Origin: the human T2T-CHM13v2.0 reference genome, Homo sapiens
Strand: one strand, 5' to 3'
NCBI RefSeq assembly: GCF_009914755.1
Contig: NC_060938.1
Length of the DNA stretch: 64,000 nucleotides
Under the pieces are notes generated by a model, which was not told the origin of the DNA, made no database searches, and saw nothing but the letters and a program-made list of their open reading frames with translations. This document shows positions 40,810-54,361 of this stretch, one piece after another (positions within the stretch are counted from its first letter, which is position 1; every line of letters starts with the position of its first letter). Made by a program: the position numbers and the translations under genes.

Positions 40810-42149
40810 AAGAATTAGTGGCTCTTGCAGTTGTTCAGGCAAGAGATGAAGGAGGCTTGCCCTTGGATGAATGGCAAGATTCTGTGTGTGGTATGAAAGT
40901 CTAGAGCTTCCTTGATGACCATCTCCTACCCCATGCATTTACAGCTTTCTCTCCTTAGAAAAGGATTTTTGACATAAGCAAAAACTTTTCACAAAAATTT
41001 GTGTGAAATCTTATTTGGGGATTTGCTCTCTGTGCAAGGAGTCCTACTCCAGCAGGTTTCCCAGTCAAAATATGCCTTTGGGAATGCAGAGAACTGAAGG
41101 CCCTGGCTGAGCAAACCCCAGCTGGAGAGACAGACTGGGGATCCTATCTGTGTATAGCATGAAGAATTTATTCTAAACACTTGGATATAGAGCCAATGCC
41201 ACTTACAAGCTTTCCTTTAAGAATCCTAGGCCAGTTGTTAACAGTTTTTAATCTCCTTAATTTCTTTATCCATAGATACCTGACAGGAACAGTTTGGACT
41301 GTGGAAAGACAATAATGGTCCCTTTCTGAAACAGTCTCCTACTTGCTGAAGGCTACTGGAATAGAAGAGAAAATATAGTATTTTCTGAAAATGTAAACAG
41401 ATGTTAGTTTACCATTTGTGAGCTGCAGGGTTCAGTTAAAGTGGATGTTGTATGTAAATACAGTGGTAGCTTGGGAGCTGCAGATGTCTCTAATAAGCAT
41501 TCCCAAGTGCACTGTGTTCCATTAGTATGTGGGATTCCACTACCCTAATCCCACTACTGTGGCTTACTCTGGGCTCCTTCTGTTTCTATTCCTGCAGGAC
41601 ACATAAAGACACCTTAGGCGTTAGCTGTCTCTATGTTTCCATTCCACCAAATCGGAACTTCATGACTTTTTCACCTTCTCTCTCAGTCATAAGAAGACGG
41701 CTTTTTAAAGGATGCCAAGACAGGTGGATCATGGTAATAGTATACTCCATTATAGCAGTTGTTATTCATTGAACACCTACTGTTTGTCAGGATTGGGCAA
41801 GTGGCAGTATACATCATCTTATTTAGTCTGCACAGCAGGTTTAAAGGGAGATAATATTACTCCGACTGTACAGGTGAATAAATGGAAGTTAAAATAATCT
41901 CGGCTTGGTAGTGATGGAATCAAATGATGTAATTGCCTCATTGTGACCAGCTAAGGGCAATTCTGTTAGGATCTGTGTAACACATTTTAAGAGAAACATT
42001 GGCAAATGAAGAAAGGTTAGAGGAAAACATCTAAGGTCATTTAAGTATACCTATATACATTTCTCTCATATGATATGACAGGCTTGAAAAATTACACAGC
42101 TCATTACGAGCAAGAGAGCAGTATATATATATTAACATTCTAATCTTAA

Positions 42150-44950
42150 TAGGAAAAACTAAAGGATGCTGTGGGAATAAATGGAAGGATCATCATACCT
42201 AGCCAAGAAAATGATAACTTAGGTCCTGGATAAATAAATTTTAAGTAGGGAAAGGTGGGCTGGAGTTAGGAGCATTCTAAACTCAATGAACAACATGCAC
42301 ATGCGCTTGGAGACAGTGCAGGTCAATTTAGGAGCTCACAGGCCATTTAGAGTGACAGAAGCAGAGTGTGCAGGTCAGGCAGTAATAAGACATGAGGCTG
42401 GAGAAATGAGTAGGAAGCAGATCAAAGGCCTTGAAATGTCAAGAACTTTGTACCTTATGGGTACTGAAGAAGTGAAATGTTTAAAGAAGCCGAATTATAT
42501 GATTTCTTTTGACTTCAAAATGGAAAATACATGTCGATACTGGGGGAGAAATTAGGAGGTTCTTGCCATAATACAGGTGGCATATGATGGTAGTCTTCAG
42601 GTAATGGCAGTAGGAATGCATAGAAGAACACAGATATGAAAGATTCTTAGTCTGGCAGACACCTGGAAGCAAGGGTGCATAGGAATAGCTAACAGTTAAA
42701 AAAGTATTTGGAGAGCTATCATGTGAAACAGAGAGATGATTTATTTTTTCTGTTCATTTACTGAGGGCATAGTAAGGACTAATTGGAGAAAGTCATAGGG
42801 AAACATATTTTAATTTCAATAAAATCTGATGCTCCAAAAATTGAAAACATAACTTACCATTCATCTCTGAATGTATCCATGCATTTTTTTTTTCATTCAA
42901 GTTACATTTTTAAATGATTTGCAAGTTCTATAGACTGGGTAACAGTGTACATAACACTTAACAACTAACTAAAATCAGTGAAACACATATCAATATAAAC
43001 AAAGAGCTATGGAAATTAATCCTGTCCGGGGTTCAGAGGAGTTATTAATTAAGATGGTAAAACTAGCTGAAGGGATAATTAGAGGGAAGAGTTGTGTGGG
43101 GTCTGCAGGATCTACAAGTGGAATTGCCCACAGAACCTTTAGATCTTATGAATCTAGAGCTTAGAAAATAGTCAGGGCTGGTGAAGTATACTGGGGAATT
43201 TTCAGTGTAAGCAAAGACCATCAAAGCAAATGTCTCTGAAGAATAAGCAAGTAATACAAATAAGTGAGATGGACAAGGCATAAGGCAATAAGTACTGGGA
43301 CTATGGAAAATTGGCAAGCAGGTGCCCCTTCCAAATGGCACCACTGCCAGTCAGCTCCAGTAAATTGTTGCTCTGTGCTCTCAGATCTCCACAGTTTCTA
43401 AATAAAAACAAAACATTGGATATTTATGTGATGCTTCTAGTTAATATGATATCTCACAGCATGTCCTTGATCTAACTATAGCCCAAAGGCTGTCAGATTG
43501 CCTTGTATGTTATAAGATGATTGTTGAAGCTGTGAGTAAGACTGAAATTTTCTCAAGCGAGTAGACCACTGGAATGTATACATGGGTAATCTTTCTCAAG
43601 TGGGTAACCAAATGTTATTTGGTATGTAAACTTTTCTATTTCCACATCTGAGGATTCATGCTGCTATAAGTGATGTCTGAGAAAGTCATGCAGCACATTA
43701 GCCAGCAAGGCATAAAAGGCAAAGAGAGAGATAAGAAAGATGATGTTAATCTAGAGCCTAATGAAAATGTGGGAGTTCATAAGGAGTGATCAACTACGTA
43801 AGGTGATAATTGTGGATATGTTTCGATATCAGAAAACATTGCTTTTCTGTGTGATAGTGCTTTCTTTATAATTAATGTGGATTTAGTGTGTGTTATTTTT
43901 AGCCTTTTAATCCCTATAAATGTGCCACTTCATATTCTACGACTGAAAATGGCACTATAAACAAAATGGTTTAGGAACCAGTGTAGAGAGCAGGAGCCAA
44001 AGATGGAATCCAGAGTCACAGCATGAGGGATGAGTAAGGAAGATGACTAAACTGGTAGATTTTAGAATGAGCTATAGCAGTATCACCAAAACCAAGAGTG
44101 GAGAGAACTTCAAGAGGAAAGACACATTTGGACCTTTTAGGTAACTGAAAAATGGCAAGTCCATTGGGTTTAAAAGGTAAAGGCTTCTGGTGACCTCTGA
44201 GAGGGCACTCTAAGGGGAGAGTTGGCAAGAATCCAGTTTGCACTGCACTGGGCAGTGAACGGGAGGTCAGTGAGTGGAGTGATTGCCAACTGCTCCTTGG
44301 GCAAGTTTGGCAGGAAAGGGAAGGAGAGATGTGGTGCCATTCCAAGGATGAGACGAGGTTAAAAAAAAGGCTTTACTCATTTTTTTTCTAGTGGAGTAGA
44401 ATTTATAATATATTAAGACTAGGAGTGATAATTGATGAAGCAAGGTACGGAATGAGGCATAAAATGGAGAGATCAGAGTTAGAGCAATTGATAATTATTT
44501 TTCTTTCAGACAGGTTAAAAATATGAATGTTTGGATGTAACCGAGAGGAAAATTGAGGGAGCTTATGCCTGATGCCTCTACATTTTCTCTAAAGTAGGAG
44601 ATGCGGGAAGGGGTCAGTAGAGAGTTGTGGGCTGGAAAAAAAAAGTTTGGAGGAGCTGCTGTAGGGAATTTAACAGGGGTGATTAAAAGGATTGCTGAGG
44701 TTCAAACTGAGGTTGGAAACCATTAAGCAGCAATGATCAGTACAGTTGTGAGCATTTCTCCAACAGTATCAGGAAGTCCAGGAACAGGAAGGGGAAAAAA
44801 GAGGGTCTGTGTTGCTCCAGGTTTTTAGAATAACAAACCAAATTCAGCAGAAGATCAAAGTGAAACAGACAAGCAGTATGTAAGTGGAGAAATAGACAAT
44901 GGAACACAGGCTTGAGAAGGACATAAAAGGAGTCAGGAGAAGACTGATTT
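42150..44950 (-). mobile_element. Cluster of long degenerate L2 fragments
   Basis: E.g. ATGAGGCTGGAGAAATGAGTAGGAAGCAGATC, CACCAAAACCAAGAGTGGAGAG, GGTGACCTCTGAGAGGGCA; multiple pieces, boundaries uncertain. Confidence 0.6.
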
Positions 44951-45019
44951 TCTGAGAGCAAAGAGAATCCCTGAGATATATATATATATTTTTAATATTA
45001 GAATGAGAGATTCTTGCAC

Positions 45020-45082
45020 TGGGTAGGACTTTGACCTGAGTGAACTTTGAGGTTCCTCCTAATCCCAAGATTCTTTGATTCT
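45020..45082 (+). mobile_element. MIR3/L3(CR1)-type 3' tail
   Basis: TTTGAGGTTCCTCCTAATCCCAAGATTCTTTGATTCT. Confidence 0.5.
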
Positions 45083-45137
45083 AGACATGAGAAAACAAAG
45101 CTAGTCCCTATGCTGTTGTCATAACTGTCATGGTATG

Positions 45138-45526
45138 TGATATGGTTTAACTCTGTGTCCCCACCCAAATCTCATCTCAAATTGAAATTCCTACATGTCA
45201 AGGGAGGGACCTGTAGTCCGCAAGTGTTGAGGGAGGGAGGTGATCGGATCATGAGGGCGGTTCTCTCCATGCTGTTCTCATGATAGTGAGTTCTCAGGAG
45301 ATCTGATGGTTTTATGAACGTGTGGCATTTCCCCTGCTTACACTTCTCTCTCCTGCTACCATGTGAGAAGGTCCAAGATTGCTTTCCATTCACCTTACGC
45401 CGTGATTGTAACTTTCCTGAGGCTTCCCCAGCCATGTGGATCTGTGAGTCAATTAAACCTTTTTCTTTTATAAATTACCCAGTTTCAGGTAGTATCTTCA
45501 TAGCAGTGTGAAAATGAACTAATACA
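45138..45526 (+). mobile_element. MaLR solo LTR, THE1D-like
   Basis: TGATATGGTTT..TGTGTCCCCACCCAAATCTC...GAACTAATACA; 5-bp TSD GTATG (45133-37, 45527-31). Confidence 0.95.
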
Positions 45527-45597
45527 GTATGTAAAAATGGAAGTCCTGTATATACCTGTCTCTCTCAGGATTGGCCTCAAGGAACCTTACCAAGTAG

Positions 45598-46039
<442 letters not shown>

Positions 46040-47069
46040 TCAGGCCCTATTCTAATAAAACTTCCAGGTAGATGCTTGTTGTCCTTCTCTGTGAGTCCAA
46101 ACAAGGTCTCTAGTTATTGATTCTCATATTATTGCAGCTTCTACAAATTTCACCCTCAAGTCAGCTTTTTGGCTTTTCTGACTCAAGTCACAAGATAACC
46201 ATCCTTTTGTTTCATTTTTGTAAATTCTCATAACCCCAACTGGATGGTAGATGAATATGAGGAAGAGGGGAAATCAAAAGAATGAGAGCAATGAGCCTAT
46301 TACTCTTGAGATGAACAGAGGGAGAGATTCAACACCAAATGCGTCCCTCTTCTGAATCCCATCTCTCGAATCAGACAGCACTTCTGTGTACTTCCCAATA
46401 TCCATACAAGTACCAGGAAACTTATTTTACTTGCCTCTGGCCTTGGTTTGCAGGTTTGGGGAAACACAGGAGTCAAACAGAATTTTTTTGGGTGAACCCA
46501 CAGATTTCACTCTGAGGAACAGCTCCCTTGCTGTTGAGACAGCTGGGTGCACTAAGCAACACATTTGAAATATGCCTCAGACTTTGTGGAACCAGGTAGT
46601 CTGAAATCTTGCCAGGACTTTAGTGCCTCTTGGGATACTTCTGAGGTAGGGCAAAGTCCCATTCAATGTTCTGTTGGAGGAGAGAATCTTTAGTGAAATC
46701 TCAAGAATGAAAGCCAAGAAGCCTTAAGATAAGAGCGAGAGATTCAACAGCAAGTACTATCTGTAAGAACTTTGATTTCATTGCATTTAAGCTTCTTTTC
46801 CTAGTGGACTGTTTTTAGTTGAATACTTCTTGAGGATAAGTGTTGTGTCTTCTATACTTATATCTGCAGCTTAGCACAGTTCCTGCCCTATGGTACATGT
46901 TCCTTATATGTACATGGAAATTAGCCAAATGTCAGGATGCCACTTTTTCATCTCCATCTCTATTCCAATGATGGATGACTAGTAAATACTTCTCTGACTA
47001 TGTATGTGTAGTTCAAATACTCTAGTTTTTTTTTAGCATAAAGTGCTGTGAAATCCCACCATCAAAAGA

Positions 47070-47250
47070 GCCAAAGTAATATGATGAAAAGAATTTGGTT
47101 TCAGAATTAAAAAGAAAGCACACATTTTTGAGTTCTCGCTCAAAAACAATTTTGTGAGGGTAAGTTATTTAACTTCTCCATGTCTCAGCTTCCTATAAAA
47201 CTAGAATTATGAGATCTCTCTTATAGGTTTGAAATAGGATGAAAATTCCT
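47070..47250 (+). mobile_element. MIR fragment
   Basis: GGGTAAGTTATTTAACTTCTCCATGTCTCAGCTTCC. Confidence 0.6.
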
Positions 47251-47609
47251 CCCTCTTTTTTTTTCTTATAACCTCTCTCAAAACCTTGCCTGTGTCTCTA
47301 TGAGTGTGTTGTGTTACAGTTACTGCTATAATTTCTCTACTAGATTAGGGTGGAGAAGTTCCCATGGCTGTTCGCTCTCTCAGAGGACCCTGGGCAAAGT
47401 TGGTGCTCACTGTGCATCACTGATTATATCAAATACTGTGTGGCATGCTCAGGCCTTGTTGGTCTCTCTGTACCAGTGTCTATCGTGGGACATAATAATT
47501 CATGATGAACAGTCAGGCATCTACTTAGTGGCTTATACGTAGAACTGGCTCTCCTTTCAGAAGCCAGAAATTAATAAATGGTCTACAGTCAGAAGGAGAT
47601 CCTTAATTG

Positions 47610-48110
47610 ATTAATTAATTCAATAAGAATTTATTAAGTACCTTCTATGTGCTAAACACTGGGGAGACAACAGTGCATAAAGAGATCCCATCTTTGTTCA
47701 TATGAAACTATATTCTAGAGGAAGAGACACACACTAATTGAATACTCTCACAAGCAAAAGTACTTTTGTAATGGTAATTCATGCTACAAAGCTGTAGACC
47801 TTGGTGCTATCTGATACAGAGATCTGATGGAATCAGAAAGTTCAGGAAGAGATCGTCTGAGAGTTCCTGGCTAGAGATAGGAAGGAGGGGCAGAGTTAAC
47901 CAGGAAGGGGAGGCAAAAGTATCACAGTCACAGAGAACAGTGTGCAAAGCACCCATGGCAAGGGGGAATGTGATAAGGGTGTGTAGTGAATGAAGCCATA
48001 GTGACTGGAATATAGGGGACAAGATTGAAAGTAAAACTTACAAGGACGACCATTGCTTGGGAGTTTGGGTTTTATTAGCACTGCAGTGGAATGCTGTGAA
48101 ACAATGAACT
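47610..48110 (-). mobile_element. L2 3' portion
   Basis: ATTTATTAAGTACCTTCTATGTGCTAAACACTGGGGAGACAACAGTG...AACTATATTCTAG...CAGAGAACAGTGTGCAAAGC. Confidence 0.8.
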
Positions 48111-49652
48111 GGCATTGTAGAAGCTGGCATAGCCTGCTTTTTTGAGGACATCCAACACCCATGACAAGGTCTACGGCATCAAGGATTACCTTGGTTTGTC
48201 TTTGCTAACCAAACTGGGTTATACACAAGTTACGAGTTGTCCTTGTCCCAACTCACACCCTCACCATTGGAGAAGAATGTGGAGTGCCCCTCCCCATCCC
48301 GGCCCATCCCTTATGTCGGTGGACTAACGCAGCATGCCTAATGCCAGAGTGGGCAGAAAGAATAATAGCTGTTGTTTCAGTTTACCTGTACTAATTTATC
48401 ACACCTTACCCAGAGACTCCAGCTCCACTTTCTGAGTTTTCTCTGTCTGGAGGTGAAACACACAAGCACATAAATAAGTAGGAAGCTGTTAGGAAATCCT
48501 CTTTGTCACTACTGAAGCATGTTCATTTATTTAGTAAAACGTCCATAATTTTTAAATTGCTTTATTTAGCCACTGGCTATTTGGTATCTTCAAGGGGTCC
48601 CCATTAGGAGCTGTACTTCCCCATTACCTGCAAAAACAAGGCAGGCTTTTGATCCCTGGAATTAATTACATGCAAAGATTTTCATTGCTTGGAGCAGCAA
48701 GCAGCTGGTTCCTACGGGACCCAGGCTGAACTCTCTTGCCAATTTCCCTCTCATGCTTGTCCCTCCCTCCACACCTACACCCTTTCTTTCTTTCATTATG
48801 CTCAATGGGTTCAATCTAATGAGGGAAATTGTAATTAAACATTTACAAGGTTCCAGTTTTCTCTATGACTGCCCTTAAGACTGTGAACATTCACAGTTCA
48901 CTCTTTTTCCAAATACAGCACAATGGCAAAGTTTCCAGGAATGTCCTTACTGACTCAGGCCCCCCAGAATGGTATTAATCCATTTGAAAACAACTTCACT
49001 TGAGTTATTAGAGCTGGGGCAAAAGCAGGGAGGGAGAGATCTACTCGTTAGGGATGAGGGAGCAAGAGCAATGATGACTAGCTTTTGTCAGGACACAAAG
49101 TGCGTCTCTGGTGCTTGTGCAGATCAGTTGACAATGGTTTATAGCTTTTCTACCTTCCTCCCTTTCCTATTAATTATTCATACTTCTCCTACCAAGAGAG
49201 GGGTCTTGTTTTCCTTTTAGGTGTAATTAGAGTAATCAAAGGGTTTGTAACACTCATGTGTTTTATTTCTCATTCTCTATTCAATTTTGTTTTTCATGCA
49301 AGAGAAAAATATAAAACACGAAACAAAAACCCCAAGTCTCTGGGTGTTGTGAATTCTTGCAGGGAAAATTGGTTTTACCATATTAGCAATTGGCAGCAAT
49401 AATTCTGAGGTGAAAAACCTGAAATTACTCCCTTAAAGGCAGTAATTTGTATAGTATGTATTTTGAGAAAGGGGGGGAGGAGTAGGTGATAATTTAGGTG
49501 AATGTTAGCAGTTTATCTTTATATTTTGTGATAAACGAGGAAGCCAAGTGTTGGTGTGTTCAACTGTGGACATACATTTGCATATGGTTTTGTTTCTATT
49601 GAATAGATTTTGGTTTGAATGACAAATTAAACTCCCAGCTTCCAAACACTGA

Positions 49653-50035
<383 letters not shown>

Positions 50036-51138
50036 TATTTTACCTTTTATATTAACAAAACCTTCTTCTTGCAGTTCAGAACCCATAGGAAATATTATTG
50101 GAAAGGTATTTCACCACATCATCACAGGCATTTCTATGGTGACGAAGCGATGTGCCATGAACAAAGTTATGCCATTTTTTAATACAAGCCGAGGAAAGAG
50201 AAAAAAATCAGGAGCAAGCCACTGCTTCAGGGATTGGCAACCTCTTTATGTTTGCTCAAGATAGAGCGAAAAACTCCTAAGGTTTTACCATTAAAGAACC
50301 AAATAAAATTGTTTAACATGTTGGAATTGTGGGTCCTTTTTGTATATTGACTTGAGAAAAAATAAAAATATTGATACAGAAAAAAGAGAATGCATATGAT
50401 CTTTTTATCTTAGCCAATATATTATGTTTTCTTGTTTTTGTATATCTACATATTCATAAAAACAAGTATGTGTGAAGAAGTTTACATCACAGTGCAAGTG
50501 TGATCCTTCATATAAAACTAAAGCAAGTGAGGATGAATTCCTAAATAATTAAACGGTAAATTACTTGTGTTTGTATCAGCTCTTGAGCCATCTTAAACTA
50601 CTAATCAATTTCTCATAATCATCAGTGCTTTTCATCTGTGAGCGGATTATTTGGTCAAACATGGAGACAATGGCACAGCCGTGAGTAGAGCCCAGGTGTT
50701 TTTCTCCGATTTCTCCACAGAACTACAATGCCAGCAGAAAGGTAGAGTGGAGTAATAATAAAAACCAGGTTTAAGAGAACACTAAGTTTTTTTTTCAGTG
50801 TTGTTCACGGAACTGCAAGTGGTATAGAGGTTCAGGAAGTCATTACAGTCTTCATAGGGGTGCAATAGTTCTCACTTCTCCTTTCAAGAAGAGTTGTAAT
50901 GGAAAGTTGAGGAAGAACAGTAGGGACACAGGGACAGGTGGTGTCTCCAATTGGTCATATTCTCCAAGTTATTTTTGGTCTATAGTTGGTTCCCTAAATC
51001 TCACTTCTTCTCTTCCTCTAGCTTTAGGGACTGGACTCAGCATTTTGGTTTCATTTCTTTTTTGAAAAGTAAAAAGAAAATTTACAAAACTATAAAACAA
51101 GTTATATATATGTATATATAAAACTAGCATATTAACAA

Positions 51139-51279
51139 ATATATATGAGTAATTATATAAAATTATTTATACATATATAATTACCCATATATATTTTTCA
51201 TAATTACCCATATATATGTATATGTATATATATATAATTACCCATATATATGTATGTGTGTATATATATATAATTACCC

Positions 51280-51311
<32 letters not shown>

Positions 51312-51324
51312 ATATAATTACCCA
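51139..51324. repeat. Compound minisatellite: TAATTACCCA anchors with (TA)n/(TG)n spacers
   Basis: Anchors start at 51178, 51201, 51235, 51271, 51315; inverted copy at ~51139-51159. Confidence 0.9.
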
Positions 51325-52004
51325 GAATTAAACACCTTTAGGTGTAATTAGAGTACATTAAAATTTGGCATACTTTCCTTTAGTTCTTTTCTAAATTATA
51401 AAAGTAACATATAGTATATTTTTCTTCTCTAAAAATATTGAAAAGTTAAAGTTTCCTTATCCACTTTCTCCTCAACCAGAGCTGCTTCTCCCAAAATCCC
51501 AAGGGAATCATTATTTTGAGTTTGCTGTAGATACTTCAAACGTTTAAAATATGTATTTACATGCATATATATATATACATCTAGAAAAATACTAGCATAT
51601 GTTATTTTATGTAGTTTATTCAGTTACTTACATAGTACAGTGTACTATGTAAGTATAATTCACATCTTGCTTTTTTCTTTCAACACTGCATTTTTGATGT
51701 ATAGGTCCCTGATACACTGGGTATTCTTCAGACGGATAACATTTGATTTAGATTCTGAAAGAGGGGTAAGATTTTGCCAGGTCAAGAAAGGAACCGGTCA
51801 GGTAGAACATTAGTTTACGTATTAGCACTTACTTCATAAAGGCATGGAATAGACTGCGGAAAATCAAGGTTGCTGGACTTTAGGGTGGAACTGGTGAGAG
51901 AAGAGACAGGAGACTGAGTAAATGCAGAAAGGGTGGCCATGTAGCCTATGGCAGATATTTTGAATTTTCACTGAGAGGCAGGGATATTATAAGTGAAGGT
52001 GAAG

Positions 52005-54361
52005 TGTATCACTTTGCTAGAGCTGCTGTGACAAAGTGCCACAAACCAGGTGGCTTAAACAGAAAATGTGTTGTTCTGGAGACTAGAAGTATGAGATAAA
52101 GGTGCTGGCGGGGTTGGTTTATTCTGAGAACCATAAAGAAGAACCTGCCTTGTTCTCTCTCCTCTTCTTATGGTTTGCCAGTAATCTCTGCCATTCTTTA
52201 TAGACAAGTCACCCCAATCTCGGCCTTGATGTTTTCGTGACATTCTCTCTGTGTGCATGCCTCTGTCCAAATTTACCTTCCTTTATTTTTACAATTTTTA
52301 TTTTAAGTTCAGGGGTACAGGTGCAGTATGTTCAGATTTGTTACCTAGGTAAACGTGTGCCATGGTGGTTTACTGCACAAACCATCCCATCATCCAGATA
52401 TTAAGCCTGGCATCCATTAGCTCTTCTTTCTGATGCTCTCCCTCTGCCTCCCCTTTTGCTGTGCAGAAGCTCTTTAGCTTAATTAGATCCCATTTGTCAA
52501 TTTTTGCTTTGGTTGCAATTGCTTTTGGCGTTTTTGTCATGAAATTTTTGCCCACGCCTAATTCCTGAATGGTATTGCCTAGATTTTCTTCTAGAGTTTT
52601 TATAGTTTGGGATTTTACATTTTTTAACCCATCTTGAGTTAATTTTTGTATGTGGTGTAAAGAAGAGGCCCAGTTTCAGTTTTCTGCATATGGCTAGCTA
52701 GTTCTCCCAGCACAATTTATTAATTAGGGAATCCTTTCCCCATTGCTTGTTTTTGTCAGATTTGTCAAAGATCACATGGTTGTAGGTGTGCGGTCTTATG
52801 TCTGAGTTCTCTGTGCTTTTCCATTGATCTATTTGTCTGTTCTTATACCAGTACCATGCTGTTTTGGTTACTGTAGCCTTGTAGAATAGTTTAAAGTCAG
52901 GTAGTGTGATGTCTCCAGCTTTGTTCTTTTTGCTTAGGATTGACTTGGCTATTCAGGCTCTTTTTTGGTTCCATATAAATTTAAATTTTTTTTCTAATTC
53001 TGTGAAGAATGTCAATGGTAGTTTAATGGGAATAGCATTGAATCTATAAATTACTTTGGGCAGTATGGCCATTTTCATGATATTGATTCTCCCTAGTCGT
53101 TTATTTTTATCCTCTCTGATTTCTCAGAGCAGTGGTTTGTAATTCTCCTTAAAGAGTTCCTTCACTTCCCTTGTTAGTTGTATTCCTAGGTATTGTATTC
53201 TTTCTGTAGTAATTGTGAATGGGAGTTCATTCATGATTTGGCTCTCTGCTTGCCTTTTATTGGTGTATAGGAATGCTAGCAATTTTTGCACATTGATTTT
53301 ATATTCTGAGACTTTACTGAAATTGCTTATCAGCTTACGAAGCCTTTGAGCTGAGCCGATGGGGTTTTCTGGGTGTAGGATCAATGTCATCTGCAAACAA
53401 AGATAATTTGACTCCCTCTCTTTTTATTCAAATACCTTTTATTTTTTCCTCTTGCCTGGTTGCCCTGACTAGAACTTCCAATACTATGTTGAATAAGAGT
53501 GGTGAGGAAAGGCATCGTTGTCTTGTGCCAGTTTTCAGGGGGAATGTTTCCAGCTTTTGCCCTTCAGTATGATATTGACTGTGGGTTTGTCATATATGAC
53601 TCTTACTATTTTGAGATATGTTTCTTCAATAGCTAGTTTATTGAGAATTTTAAACATGAAGGGATGTTGAATTTTTTGAAGTACTTTTCTGCATCTATTG
53701 AGATAATCATGTGATTTTTGTCTTTAGTTCTGTTAATATGATGTATCACATTTATTGATTTGCATATGTTGAACCAAACTTGCATCCCAGTGATGAAGCC
53801 AACTTGATCGTGGTGGATAAGCTTTTTGATGTGCTGCCGAATTCAGTTTGTCAGTATTTTATTGAGGATTTTTGCATCAATATTTATCAAGTATATTGGC
53901 CTGAATTTTTCTTTTTTTGTTGTGTCTCTGCCAGGTTTTGGTATCTGGATGATGCTGGCCTCATAGAATGAGTTAGGGAGGAGTCCCTCCTCTTCAATTT
54001 TTTGAATAGTTTCAGTAGAAATGTGTACTAGCTCTTCTTTGTACCTCTGGTAGAATTCAGCTGTGAATCTATCTGGTCCTGGGCTTTTTTAGTTGGTAGG
54101 CTATTTTCTACTGCCTCAATTTCAGAACGTGGTCTATTCAGGGATTCAGTATTTTTCCTGGTTCAAATTTACCTTTCTTATAAGGAAGGCAATCATGTTG
54201 GATTTGAGTCCAGTCTAATGACCTCATTTTAACTTTGTTACCTTGGTAAAGACTCTACCTTCAAATAAGTTCACAATGTCTAACTGTGAGTTAGGAATTT
54301 AACACATGAACCCATTCAACACATGAACCTTTGGGGGCAGGACTTAATTTGACCCTTAACA
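52005..54361 (-). mobile_element. MLT1C/B-like MaLR solo LTR split by an L1
   Basis: TGTATCACTTTGCTAGAGCTGCTGTGACAAAGTGCCACAAAC...; resumes at 54164 and ends GACCCTTAACA; 5-bp TSD TGAAG (52000-04, 54362-66). Confidence 0.88.
52284..54163 (-). mobile_element. L1PA (approx. PA10-12), 5'-truncated, decayed ORF2
   Basis: ORF2 peptides [34 protein letters not shown] and [18 protein letters not shown]; TSD CAAATTTACCTT(C/T)CTT (52268-83, 54164-79). Confidence 0.95.

Noticed and set aside
51178-51324. Repeat-spacer pattern resembling a CRISPR array
   Set aside because: Anchors are only 10 bp, spacers are TA/TG microsatellites, there are no cas genes and the context is primate DNA.
52370-53971. ORFs with reverse-transcriptase-like peptides
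   Set aside because: Fragments of a truncated, frameshifted L1 ORF2; not a functional gene.
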